Shown piece after piece: positions 7,726-15,480 of a DNA stretch of 64,000 nucleotides; position 1 is the first letter of the stretch; every line of letters begins with the position of its first letter. The notes beneath the pieces are model-generated. The model worked only from the letters and a program-made list of their open reading frames with translations. It made no database searches and was not told where the DNA came from. The DNA is taken from the NCBI GenBank assembly GCA_946403545.1, contig CAMJAG010000002.1:4600-68599 (forward strand). Direction: 5' to 3'. The position numbers and the translations under genes are program-made. The stretch comes from an uncultured Bacillales bacterium (GTDB lineage Bacteria > Bacillota_I > Bacilli_A > RFN20 > CAG-826).

Positions 7726-10700
7726 TTATAAACCGAATTTTTTGATTCTTGCTAATCTAGCTTTTGCGCATTCTTCAGACTTTGTTAAGAGTTCTTCAGC
7801 GTGTGCTGGGTTAACTCTTGGAAGTTGAGAGAATCTTGTTTCTGTCATGACGAAGTCTCTGAATTTGCTGAAGTCTGGATCTTTCATATCCAATGTAAGA
7901 GCTGGCTTACCTTCAGCTTCATTTCTTGGATCATAACGGAAGATTGGGAAGTAACCACATTCGACTGCTAATCTTTCTTGTCTCATTGAGTTAGCAAGAC
8001 CGCCCTTAATACCATGGTTAGCACATGGAGCGTAACAGATAACTAATGATGGACCATCATAGCTTTCAGCTTCTTTGAGAGCTTTAATAGCTGCTAATGG
8101 GTTAGCGCCTAATGAGATTTGTGCAACGTAAACGTTACCATATGTCATAGCGATTAATGCTAAGTTCTTCTTTGCAGTTGTTTTACCACTAGCTGTGAAT
8201 TTAGCGATAGAACCTGTTTGTGAGGATTTAGAAGATTGACCACCTGTGTTGGAGTAAACTTCTGTATCGAGTAATAAGATGTTGACGTCTTCTTCGTTAG
8301 CGATAACGTGATCTAAGCCGCCATAGCCAATATCATAGCCCCATCCGTCACCACCGACAATCCATACGGACTTATCAGCGAGGTCGCGTTCGTAAGCTAA
8401 TACTGCTTTAACATCTTCATTCTTACTTGCTTTGACAAGAGCAGCTAATTCAGGAGCAATTGTTCTCATAGCAGCTCTGTTCTTAATATTAGCGAAGTAT
8501 TCATCAATCTTAGCTTGTAATTCTGGTTCGCAAGCATCTTTTGCAGCGCTTAAGATTTCAATAATTGCTTTAATCTTAGCGTTTGTTGCAACTCTCATAC
8601 CATAACCGAATTCTGCGTTATCTTCGAATAAGGAGTTAGCCCAAGCAATGCCTTGGCCTTCTTTATCTGTGCAGAATGGAGTTAATGGAGTAGAACCAGA
8701 GTAAATTGAGGAACATCCAGTAGCGTTTGCTACTAACATGTCTTTACCGAATAATTGAGATACAAGTCTGTAGTATGGAGTTTCACCACAACCAGCACAT
8801 GCACCACTTACTTCCATGTATGGCATTAAGAAGCCAACACCTTTAACTGTATTTTGAACAGCAGCTGGAAGTCTGTCTGCTTTATATGTAACGTGTTTGA
8901 ATAAGTAGTTAGCAGCTTCTTCTTGTGGGAATTGAGATTTAGCTTCAACCATTTCAAGAGCGTTTTTACCAGCTTTATTAGCTGTACATTCGCTAACACA
9001 TAATCCACAACCGACACAGTTTCTTGGAGAAACTTGGATACGGTATTTAAGACCTGCTAAGCCTGGGCCCATTGCGTTAAGGACATCGTCTTTAACTAAT
9101 TCTGGAGCAGCTTCGTATTCTTTTTCATCCATTAAGATTGGTCTTAATGTTGCGTGAGGACATACGAATGCACATTGGTTACATTGGATACATGCATCTT
9201 TGTGCCATAATGGGACTCTATCAGCGATAGAACGTTTTTCATTGAATGTAATATCATTTCTCATTGTTCCATCGAGTAATTCGAATTCCATGAATTTGCT
9301 GACTGGGAGGTCATCACCACCGAGGTTGCCCATAACAGCGACATAACTATCGAAGTAGTCATCACCTGTTAATTTAGCTTCAACTTTTGGTGAGAGTTTA
9401 GCCCATTCAGGATCAACTTTAATTTCTCTAAGGCCTTCTGTACCAGCATCAATTGCTTTCCAGTTCATTTCAACAACGTCTTGGCCTTTCTTTGCGTATG
9501 ATTTTTCAGCAAATTTCTTCATCCAGTGGTTTGCATCTTCATAAGGCATAATGTCTTGGTTGAGATAGAAGAAGCTAGCTTGGAGAATAGTATTTGTGTG
9601 TCTACCCATACCGATTTCACCAGCAATTTTGTTAGCATCGATTACATAGAATTTAGCTTTCTTAGTTGCTAATTGATATTTAACACGGTTTGGCATAGAT
9701 GCTACTAAGTCAGCATCGTTTAAGTCTGTGTTGAGTAAGAATGTACCACCGACTTTTAAGTTCTTAATCATATCGAACTTGTATAAGTAAGAATCGAGTG
9801 AGCAAGAAACGAAGTCAGCGTTTTGTACGTAATATGTTGAGTGAATTGGGGATTTACCAAATCTTAAGTGAGATCTTGTAACACCACCAGCTTTTCTGGA
9901 GTCATATGCGAAGTAAGCTTGTGCATATTGTCCTGTAGCATCACCAATGATTTTAATAGAGGATTTGTTAGCGGAAACTGTACCATCAGAGCCTAAACCA
10001 TAGAATAAGCAAGATGTGTAATCTCCTTTAACGTGGTAGTCATTATCAACTGGGATGGATAAGTGTGTAACATCATCGTTGATAGAGACTGTGAAGTGAT
10101 TCCATCTCTTTTCAGCGTTCATGAAGTCATAAACTGCTTTCATGTCTTTTGGTTGAGTATCTTTTGATGATAAACCATATCTACCACCTAAGACTTCAAG
10201 GTTAAGACCTGCTTCTTTAATGACGGAAACAACATCTTCGTATAATGGTTCGCCAGCAGCGCCTGCTTCTTTAGTTCTATCTAAGACAACAACTTTCTTT
10301 GCGGACTTTGGTAAAACTTCGAGTAAGTGTTTGCCAGAGAATGGACGGTATAAGTGAACTTTGATTAAGCCGACTTTTTCGCCCTTTGCTGTTAAGTCAT
10401 CGATAACTTCTGTAATAGTTTCTGTGACAGAACCCATTGCAACGATAACTCTATCAGCATCTTTAGCACCATAGTATGTAAATGGAGCGTAATTTCTACC
10501 AGTTAATCTAGAAGCTTCTTTGAAGTATTTGCATGCAACTTCGATAACTTCATCGACTTTCTTGTTTTGTGCTTCTCTACCTTGGAAATAAACGTCGTCG
10601 TTTTCAGCACCACCACGTGTTACTGGGTGAGTGTGTGGGTTTAAAGCTCTTGCTCTAAATTCTTCGACTTTTTCCATTGGTAAGAGTTTCTTCCATTCAG

Positions 10701-11274
10701 CGTCATCAACGAATTCAACATTTTGAATTTCGTGGGATGTTCTAAATCCATCGAAGAAATGACATACTGGATAACTTGCATCAATTGCTACTAAGTGAGC
10801 AACACTTGTTAAATCAGCGATTTCTTGAACACTGTGGGAGCAAATCATAGCGATACCAGTTTGTCTAATTGCGTAGATATCTTGGTGATCACCGAAGATT
10901 GATAAACTTCTTGTTGCTAAGCTACGTGCAGAAACGTGTAAGACTGCAGGAAGAAGTTCACCGACCCATTTATAAATGTTAGGAATCATGAGTAATAAGC
11001 CTTGTGAAGCTGTGTATGTAGCTGCTAAGCCACCAGCTTGTAAGACACCGTGAACTGTACCAGAAGCACCAGCTTCAGATTGCATTTCACTAACTTTTAC
11101 TACACTTCCAAAGAAATTCTTTCTGTTTTGTGAGGCATAAACATCGATATTCTCCGCCATTGGGGATGATGGAGTAATAGGATAGATACCAGCCACTTCA
11201 ATAAAATTATAAGATTCAATAGCTGCAGCAGTATTTCCATCAACTGAGAGCATTGTTTTCTTAATTTCAGGCAT
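7726..11274 (-). CDS. nifJ: pyruvate:ferredoxin (flavodoxin) oxidoreductase, single-polypeptide form
   Basis: 1182 aa. Two 4Fe-4S ferredoxin motifs (CIQCNQCAFVCP, CVGCGLCVSEC) and TPP-binding GGDGWGYDIGYGG. Length and domain order match the fused PFOR. RBS AAGGAGGA lies upstream. Confidence 0.93.
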   Translation of the reverse strand: MPEIKKTMLSVDGNTAAAIESYNFIEVAGIYPITPSSPMAENIDVYASQNRKNFFGSVVKVSEMQSEAGASGTVHGVLQAGGLAATYTASQGLLLMIPNIYKWVGELLPAVLHVSARSLATRSLSIFGDHQDIYAIRQTGIAMICSHSVQEIADLTSVAHLVAIDASYPVCHFFDGFRTSHEIQNVEFVDDAEWKKLLPMEKVEEFRARALNPHTHPVTRGGAENDDVYFQGREAQNKKVDEVIEVACKYFKEASRLTGRNYAPFTYYGAKDADRVIVAMGSVTETITEVIDDLTAKGEKVGLIKVHLYRPFSGKHLLEVLPKSAKKVVVLDRTKEAGAAGEPLYEDVVSVIKEAGLNLEVLGGRYGLSSKDTQPKDMKAVYDFMNAEKRWNHFTVSINDDVTHLSIPVDNDYHVKGDYTSCLFYGLGSDGTVSANKSSIKIIGDATGQYAQAYFAYDSRKAGGVTRSHLRFGKSPIHSTYYVQNADFVSCSLDSYLYKFDMIKNLKVGGTFLLNTDLNDADLVASMPNRVKYQLATKKAKFYVIDANKIAGEIGMGRHTNTILQASFFYLNQDIMPYEDANHWMKKFAEKSYAKKGQDVVEMNWKAIDAGTEGLREIKVDPEWAKLSPKVEAKLTGDDYFDSYVAVMGNLGGDDLPVSKFMEFELLDGTMRNDITFNEKRSIADRVPLWHKDACIQCNQCAFVCPHATLRPILMDEKEYEAAPELVKDDVLNAMGPGLAGLKYRIQVSPRNCVGCGLCVSECTANKAGKNALEMVEAKSQFPQEEAANYLFKHVTYKADRLPAAVQNTVKGVGFLMPYMEVSGACAGCGETPYYRLVSQLFGKDMLVANATGCSSIYSGSTPLTPFCTDKEGQGIAWANSLFEDNAEFGYGMRVATNAKIKAIIEILSAAKDACEPELQAKIDEYFANIKNRAAMRTIAPELAALVKASKNEDVKAVLAYERDLADKSVWIVGGDGWGYDIGYGGLDHVIANEEDVNILLLDTEVYSNTGGQSSKSSQTGSIAKFTASGKTTAKKNLALIAMTYGNVYVAQISLGANPLAAIKALKEAESYDGPSLVICYAPCANHGIKGGLANSMRQERLAVECGYFPIFRYDPRNEAEGKPALTLDMKDPDFSKFRDFVMTETRFSQLPRVNPAHAEELLTKSEECAKARLARIKKFGL

Positions 11275-11302
11275 ATTTTTTCCTCCTTAAAATACCACAA
11301 TA

Positions 11303-11331
11303 AATATACACGCGTGTATGTATAAATACAA
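11303..11331 (-). promoter_or_regulatory. candidate sigma70 promoter of nifJ overlapped by a 14 bp perfect palindrome
   Basis: Minus strand reads TTGTAT (11326-11331), 17 nt spacer, TATATT (11303-11308). The palindrome ATACACGCGTGTAT (11306-11319) covers the -10 element and the spacer. Confidence 0.5.
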
Positions 11332-11368
11332 GGTTAAAAATCATTTTCTAAATACAGATAAATTTGCT

Positions 11369-11398
11369 AAAAAGAAAAGGTTCGAATTTAATTCGACC
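11369..11398 (-). terminator. terminator after the 146 aa gene
   Basis: Hairpin GGUCGAAUU...AAUUCGAACC (11379-11398, one bulge) starts right after the stop codon and is followed by UUUUCUUUUU. Confidence 0.6.
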
Positions 11399-11839
11399 CT
11401 ATTTCTTCTTTTTTCTCTCTTGTTGCTCTTCGACGATTAATTTCTTAAGTGTCTTTAAATCGTTATCTGTAAGAGTCATGTATTTATCTAACATGCCACC
11501 GATGGTCATCTTTTGATAGATGAAGTCACCAATGCCATCATATTTAGTGAAATCTTGTTTTCTAATAGCAGTTTGGACTAAGTGTGGTTTCTTTTCCTTA
11601 GCCTTTGCTTTTTCTTCCTCTATATCTTCTATATATTTCTTAATTTGAGGAACTAATTCCAAAAGATTGTATTCATAATCCATGTTTACCATTGGATCAA
11701 AAAAAGAAAGTGTTTCATTAATAACTTCAGGATAGATTCCTACCTCTTTACTTAACCTGTCAGCAGTAACGTATTTTTTCTTAATTTTACCCATTGCTGA
11801 CAAGTATTTTTTTAATACAGAAATACTTGGTTGTTTCAT
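11399..11839 (-). CDS. small putative DNA-binding protein; the N-terminus resembles the Rex N-terminal winged helix but there is no Rossmann domain
   Basis: 146 aa. By eye, residues ~5-70 (VLKKYLSAMGKIKKKYVTADRLSKEVGIYPEVINETLSFFD...DYEYNLLELVPQIKKYI) follow the Rex N-domain pattern (LYYRFL..RVSSAELS..V...IRRDFSYFG..GYGYNV..L). The C-terminus is a Lys/Glu-rich helix. Confidence 0.4.
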   Translation of the reverse strand: MKQPSISVLKKYLSAMGKIKKKYVTADRLSKEVGIYPEVINETLSFFDPMVNMDYEYNLLELVPQIKKYIEDIEEEKAKAKEKKPHLVQTAIRKQDFTKYDGIGDFIYQKMTIGGMLDKYMTLTDNDLKTLKKLIVEEQQERKKKK

Positions 11840-11859
11840 ACTATTTCCTCTTTACATAA

Positions 11860-11888
11860 ATTATAAATAAAAAAGTGGGTATTTCCAA
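11860..11888 (-). promoter_or_regulatory. candidate promoter of the 146 aa gene, embedded in the tRNA terminator
   Basis: Minus strand reads TTGGAA (11883-11888), 17 nt spacer, TATAAT (11860-11865). RBS AGAGGA lies before the ATG at 11839. Confidence 0.4.
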
Positions 11889-11893
11889 CCCAC
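11866..11893 (-). terminator. terminator after tRNA-Lys
   Basis: Minus-strand GUGGGU-(7 nt loop)-ACCCAC followed by UUUUUU. Confidence 0.55.
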
Positions 11894-11906
11894 ATTTTCA
11901 TCAAAA

Positions 11907-11982
11907 TGGTACCCCCTTAGGGACTCGAACCCTAGACCCACTGATTAAGAGTCAGTTGCTCTACCAACTGAGCTAAGGGGAT
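11907..11982 (-). tRNA. tRNA-Lys (anticodon CUU), 76 nt with encoded CCA
   Basis: Folded by hand: acceptor ATCCCCT/AGGGGGT, D arm GCTC-AGTTGGTA-GAGC, anticodon arm ACTGA-CTCTTAA-TCAGT, T arm TAGGG-TTCGAGT-CCCTA, discriminator A, then CCA. Position 1:72 is A:U and 2:71 is U:G. Confidence 0.9.
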
Positions 11983-12035
11983 ATGTTTGCTTGATTATTC
12001 TAATACATACAAGTCAATCAAGCAAGATTTAATTT

Positions 12036-12064
12036 CAAAGAAAAAGGGCTACAAATGTAGCCCC
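12036..12064 (-). terminator. terminator ending the 10-gene surface operon
   Basis: Minus-strand GGGCUACA-UU-UGUAGCCC (12046-12063) followed by UUUUUCUUUG. Confidence 0.75.
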
Positions 12065-12094
12065 TTATTTTAGTTTGAAACTAAATTCGTATTA

Positions 12095-15034
12095 CTATGC
12101 TTTTTTCCAAAGAGTTGTAGGAGTTTGGTTAGCGTTTCCGTAACATGCAAATCTTGGAGAGCCAGCATTGTATGATAATCTTCTAGCAGAATCTTTGACG
12201 TTTAAGATTGTTGGAACAGTACCTTCGAAGGAAATTGTCCAAGAAGCATTGTCATCGACACTTGCTTGTGTTTGTAAAGAGTTACCAGACTTCCAAGTGA
12301 GGTAAGTACCATCAGGAAGCTTTAATGCGAATGTATTTGCTTTAGAACCAGCAACAACTTCGATTAAGTATTTAGATGCATCTGGAGTAGCACCTGTGTA
12401 ATCATCAGCAATACCATATTTTGTGTTTGTTGTAGAAATACCACCGAATTGTTTCTTAACTGTAGCTGTTTCAGCAGCAAGAATGATCTTATCGCCAACA
12501 GCGATAGATGATGCTTTAGAAAGGCTTGTAGCAGTACCTTGAGCAACTGTAATTGTACATGTAGCTTCTAAGTTTCCTAATTTAGCCTTAACTGTAGCTG
12601 TAGAACCAACAACTGCATCACCAGCAACTGTAACTAAACCAGCATCAACTGTAACTTTGTTATTGCCTTCAACAGACCAAACGATTTCATCAGAGAATGC
12701 TTCAGCTGGTGTGAAGATAACATTAAGTTGTAATGTATCGTTTTGTTTAACTGTTGCAGATGTCTTATCTAATGCGATACCAGTAACTACTGGTGCTTCG
12801 TATGCTAAGACTGTTGGGTTTAATAATTGATATGCACTAGATGCGACTGTGCTTAAATCTGTTGCGTTAGATTTGTATGCGCTGACAAAACCAGCGACTT
12901 GAACTGTATAACCTTTTTTGAGCTTGCTTACTGCATCATTGTATGTAGCTTCTGATGGATAGCTCTTGTGTAAGTAAACAGTCATTTCTTTGCCTTCAGC
13001 AACTTTTACTTTGTAAGTAACGTTATCAGTTTTATAAGTATGTTTTGCTGGAGCTTGGCTAACGATACCAGAAACAACAGCATATCTACCTTGATCTTTA
13101 GCTGCTAATTTATCAACGTTATTTTCATTGATAATTAAAGCATTAGGTTGTGTTAAATCTGCATCTGCAACGATTTCTTGAGTTGTTGGAGTAACTTGTT
13201 TACCACCATTGAAGTTGCTTACGCTACCTTTAACGTGGATAATGCTACCCATTTGAACGTTTGCTAATGGAGAACCATAGATGTACATACCACTATCACC
13301 ATCAGCGATCCAGTAACCTTTAGTTGTACCGTTTTCATAACCACCAATGTAGTAGCCATATGTATCGACTTTAGTACCATAGATACCATCATCTAAGTCT
13401 TTTAATGTTTGTTGTCTAACAGTAACTTTACATTCAGCTGCTGCATTACCTGCTCTAGCTGTAATGACTGCGTTACCATTACCTTTAGGTGTAACAACAC
13501 CGTTTTCAACTGTTGCAACAGCTTCATTTGATGAAGACCATTCAACTGTTTCACCACATGGTTTGTCAGCTTTTCTAGCTGTTCTTGTAGCTGTTAATTC
13601 AAGTGTAACGCCTTCGACGTTAACGAGTTCAGCTGTCTTTTGGCTTAATTCGACTTTAACACATGGGTTATTATCGACTTGAATGAATGTGTATACAGGG
13701 AATAAAAGTCCTTCGACTTTTGCTTGAATGCAGACATAACCATTGCTGACACCAGTAACTTCACCTGTATCTTCGTCAACTGTAGCGATTGATTCATCTA
13801 ATGAATACCACTTTACAGCAGCCTCAGCTGCGCCTGCTGGAAGAAAATTTGCGATTAATTGTAATTTATTTCCTGGAGCGACAACTAAGTCACCTGTTTC
13901 AGATGTAATTGTTGCGCTTGTAGGAGCACTTTGATATTGTCTTGTAACTGTCATCTTTAAATATTTAGATGAGGAGTTACCACCAACCATGTAACCTTCG
14001 ACGTTAGAATATTTACCTTCTGTGTTGTCGACTTGACATGCATCTGTAGATGTAATGTTGATTTTACCTGAACATTCACTTGTATCGCCTTCAAGTGTCA
14101 TCATTGCGTCTTTACCAGTACCACCAGCACCTTTAACTTGTTCAATCTTAATTGGTTTGATTGATGTGTACTTTGTGGAACCATTAGTGCCGTTTGCTTT
14201 AGCTTCTGTGTAATAGCTAGCAAAATCAGCAGCTTTAAATTCTTTAAATGATTGAGTTTTGAATGTTCTGTTGATGACGTTTAATTGATCTGGGTATAAA
14301 GAGTTTTGCTTATCTGCTGTTGAAACAGGAGCGATACCTTCTAAAACGCCATAGTAGTTTGTGAATTTGACACTAACTTGGACAGAATCACCAACTTTAG
14401 CTTTTAAGTTGGATTTTTGACCATAAACGACTAATGGACAAATCTCTTCACCATCGTCGATAAGGATAGTTCCGTCATATGTTGCATCACTACTTGCCTT
14501 AGAAACAGGAATAGCGACGACTTTACCAGCGATTGTGTAAGTTGTTTCTGTCTTTGCAGAAGCATTACCTGCACTGCCGTTGAATGGAGCTTCTTTAATT
14601 GCTGCTTCAAATGCTTCTTTAATGCCTAAGACACTACTCTTTGCAATGTTGAGTTCGAGTTCAGCAACGACTTCATTGTTAACTTTAGCAACGACTGTAG
14701 CTTTACCTTCCTTCTTACATTCAACTGTAGTTGCATCTTTGAATTCTAAATATTCAGCATCTGCAGCGGATTTTAAAGCGAATGTAGCTTCACCGGAATA
14801 TGGGTTACCATTTTTGTTTAAAACAAATGTAACTCTTTCACCGACTTTTGCATCGCCAGACATTGCGATAGCATATTCGCTTACAATTGGACCTGGACCT
14901 GGTTGAGAACCACTGTCAGGTTCGGATGTATTGCTATTGTTTGCTGATGGGTTGTTTTGTGTACAACCAGTTAAAACAGGAGCGGCAATAGCAAATGTGA
15001 CAAATAATGTCGAAAAGATTTTCTTGAATTTCAT
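12095..15034 (-). CDS. large surface lipoprotein with Big_2-type Ig-like repeats and OB-fold-like modules; no catalytic motif seen
   Basis: Lipobox VLTGC, then a Ser/Asn/Pro linker. Several Big_2-like segments (e.g. ATVDEDTGEVTGVSNGYVCIQAKV, VATVENGVVTPKGNGNAVITARAGN, VTVDAGLVTVAGDAVVGSTATVKAKLG). Two OB-like modules of the type found N-terminal in extracellular nucleases (YTIAGKVVAI...VGDSVQVSVKFTNYYG and KGYWIADGDSGMYIYG...GSIIHVKGSVSNFNGGKQV). AGGAGG sits 6 nt before ATG 15034; the track start at 15040 is a TTG. Confidence 0.7.
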   Translation of the reverse strand: MKFKKIFSTLFVTFAIAAPVLTGCTQNNPSANNSNTSEPDSGSQPGPGPIVSEYAIAMSGDAKVGERVTFVLNKNGNPYSGEATFALKSAADAEYLEFKDATTVECKKEGKATVVAKVNNEVVAELELNIAKSSVLGIKEAFEAAIKEAPFNGSAGNASAKTETTYTIAGKVVAIPVSKASSDATYDGTILIDDGEEICPLVVYGQKSNLKAKVGDSVQVSVKFTNYYGVLEGIAPVSTADKQNSLYPDQLNVINRTFKTQSFKEFKAADFASYYTEAKANGTNGSTKYTSIKPIKIEQVKGAGGTGKDAMMTLEGDTSECSGKINITSTDACQVDNTEGKYSNVEGYMVGGNSSSKYLKMTVTRQYQSAPTSATITSETGDLVVAPGNKLQLIANFLPAGAAEAAVKWYSLDESIATVDEDTGEVTGVSNGYVCIQAKVEGLLFPVYTFIQVDNNPCVKVELSQKTAELVNVEGVTLELTATRTARKADKPCGETVEWSSSNEAVATVENGVVTPKGNGNAVITARAGNAAAECKVTVRQQTLKDLDDGIYGTKVDTYGYYIGGYENGTTKGYWIADGDSGMYIYGSPLANVQMGSIIHVKGSVSNFNGGKQVTPTTQEIVADADLTQPNALIINENNVDKLAAKDQGRYAVVSGIVSQAPAKHTYKTDNVTYKVKVAEGKEMTVYLHKSYPSEATYNDAVSKLKKGYTVQVAGFVSAYKSNATDLSTVASSAYQLLNPTVLAYEAPVVTGIALDKTSATVKQNDTLQLNVIFTPAEAFSDEIVWSVEGNNKVTVDAGLVTVAGDAVVGSTATVKAKLGNLEATCTITVAQGTATSLSKASSIAVGDKIILAAETATVKKQFGGISTTNTKYGIADDYTGATPDASKYLIEVVAGSKANTFALKLPDGTYLTWKSGNSLQTQASVDDNASWTISFEGTVPTILNVKDSARRLSYNAGSPRFACYGNANQTPTTLWKKA

Positions 15035-15056
15035 AACCAACCTCCTTCTTATGAAA

Positions 15057-15479
15057 TTACTTTTTGTCAGCCATGTTATCTTTGAGTTTAGCTATGGCTG
15101 AAATCTCTTTTTTATAAGCAATTCTATATTTTAAGTTAGTGAGAACTTGGACTAGCCCGAGGGTTAACAAAGTTACTCCACCAACTGCGCAGGCAATGCA
15201 AATCCAGAATTGCAAGGATAAGACATCTATACCTGCTGGTTTATTCATCTTCCTAGTGAAAGAAAGAATAAAGAATAAAACTGAGACCGCTAAACAAATG
15301 CCACCTAAAACGACTAAGCATAAACCATTGTCTTGGTTATCTAGTGTTTTAACGATGGATTGATGGTCTTTTCTGCTCTTATTAGTAAGCTCATCGTATG
15401 GTAAAGACCCCAATTCTTCTTCAGAAATAATTGGGTTTTCTTGAATTACGGATAATTTTTGAGTCTTTACTTCTTCCAT
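15057..15479 (-). CDS. small membrane protein with two TM helices
   Basis: 140 aa with an acidic N-terminus and two hydrophobic helices. It is packed 1 nt from the upstream gene and 22 nt from the start of the downstream lipoprotein gene. Confidence 0.55.
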   Translation of the reverse strand: MEEVKTQKLSVIQENPIISEEELGSLPYDELTNKSRKDHQSIVKTLDNQDNGLCLVVLGGICLAVSVLFFILSFTRKMNKPAGIDVLSLQFWICIACAVGGVTLLTLGLVQVLTNLKYRIAYKKEISAIAKLKDNMADKK

Positions 15480-15480
15480 A

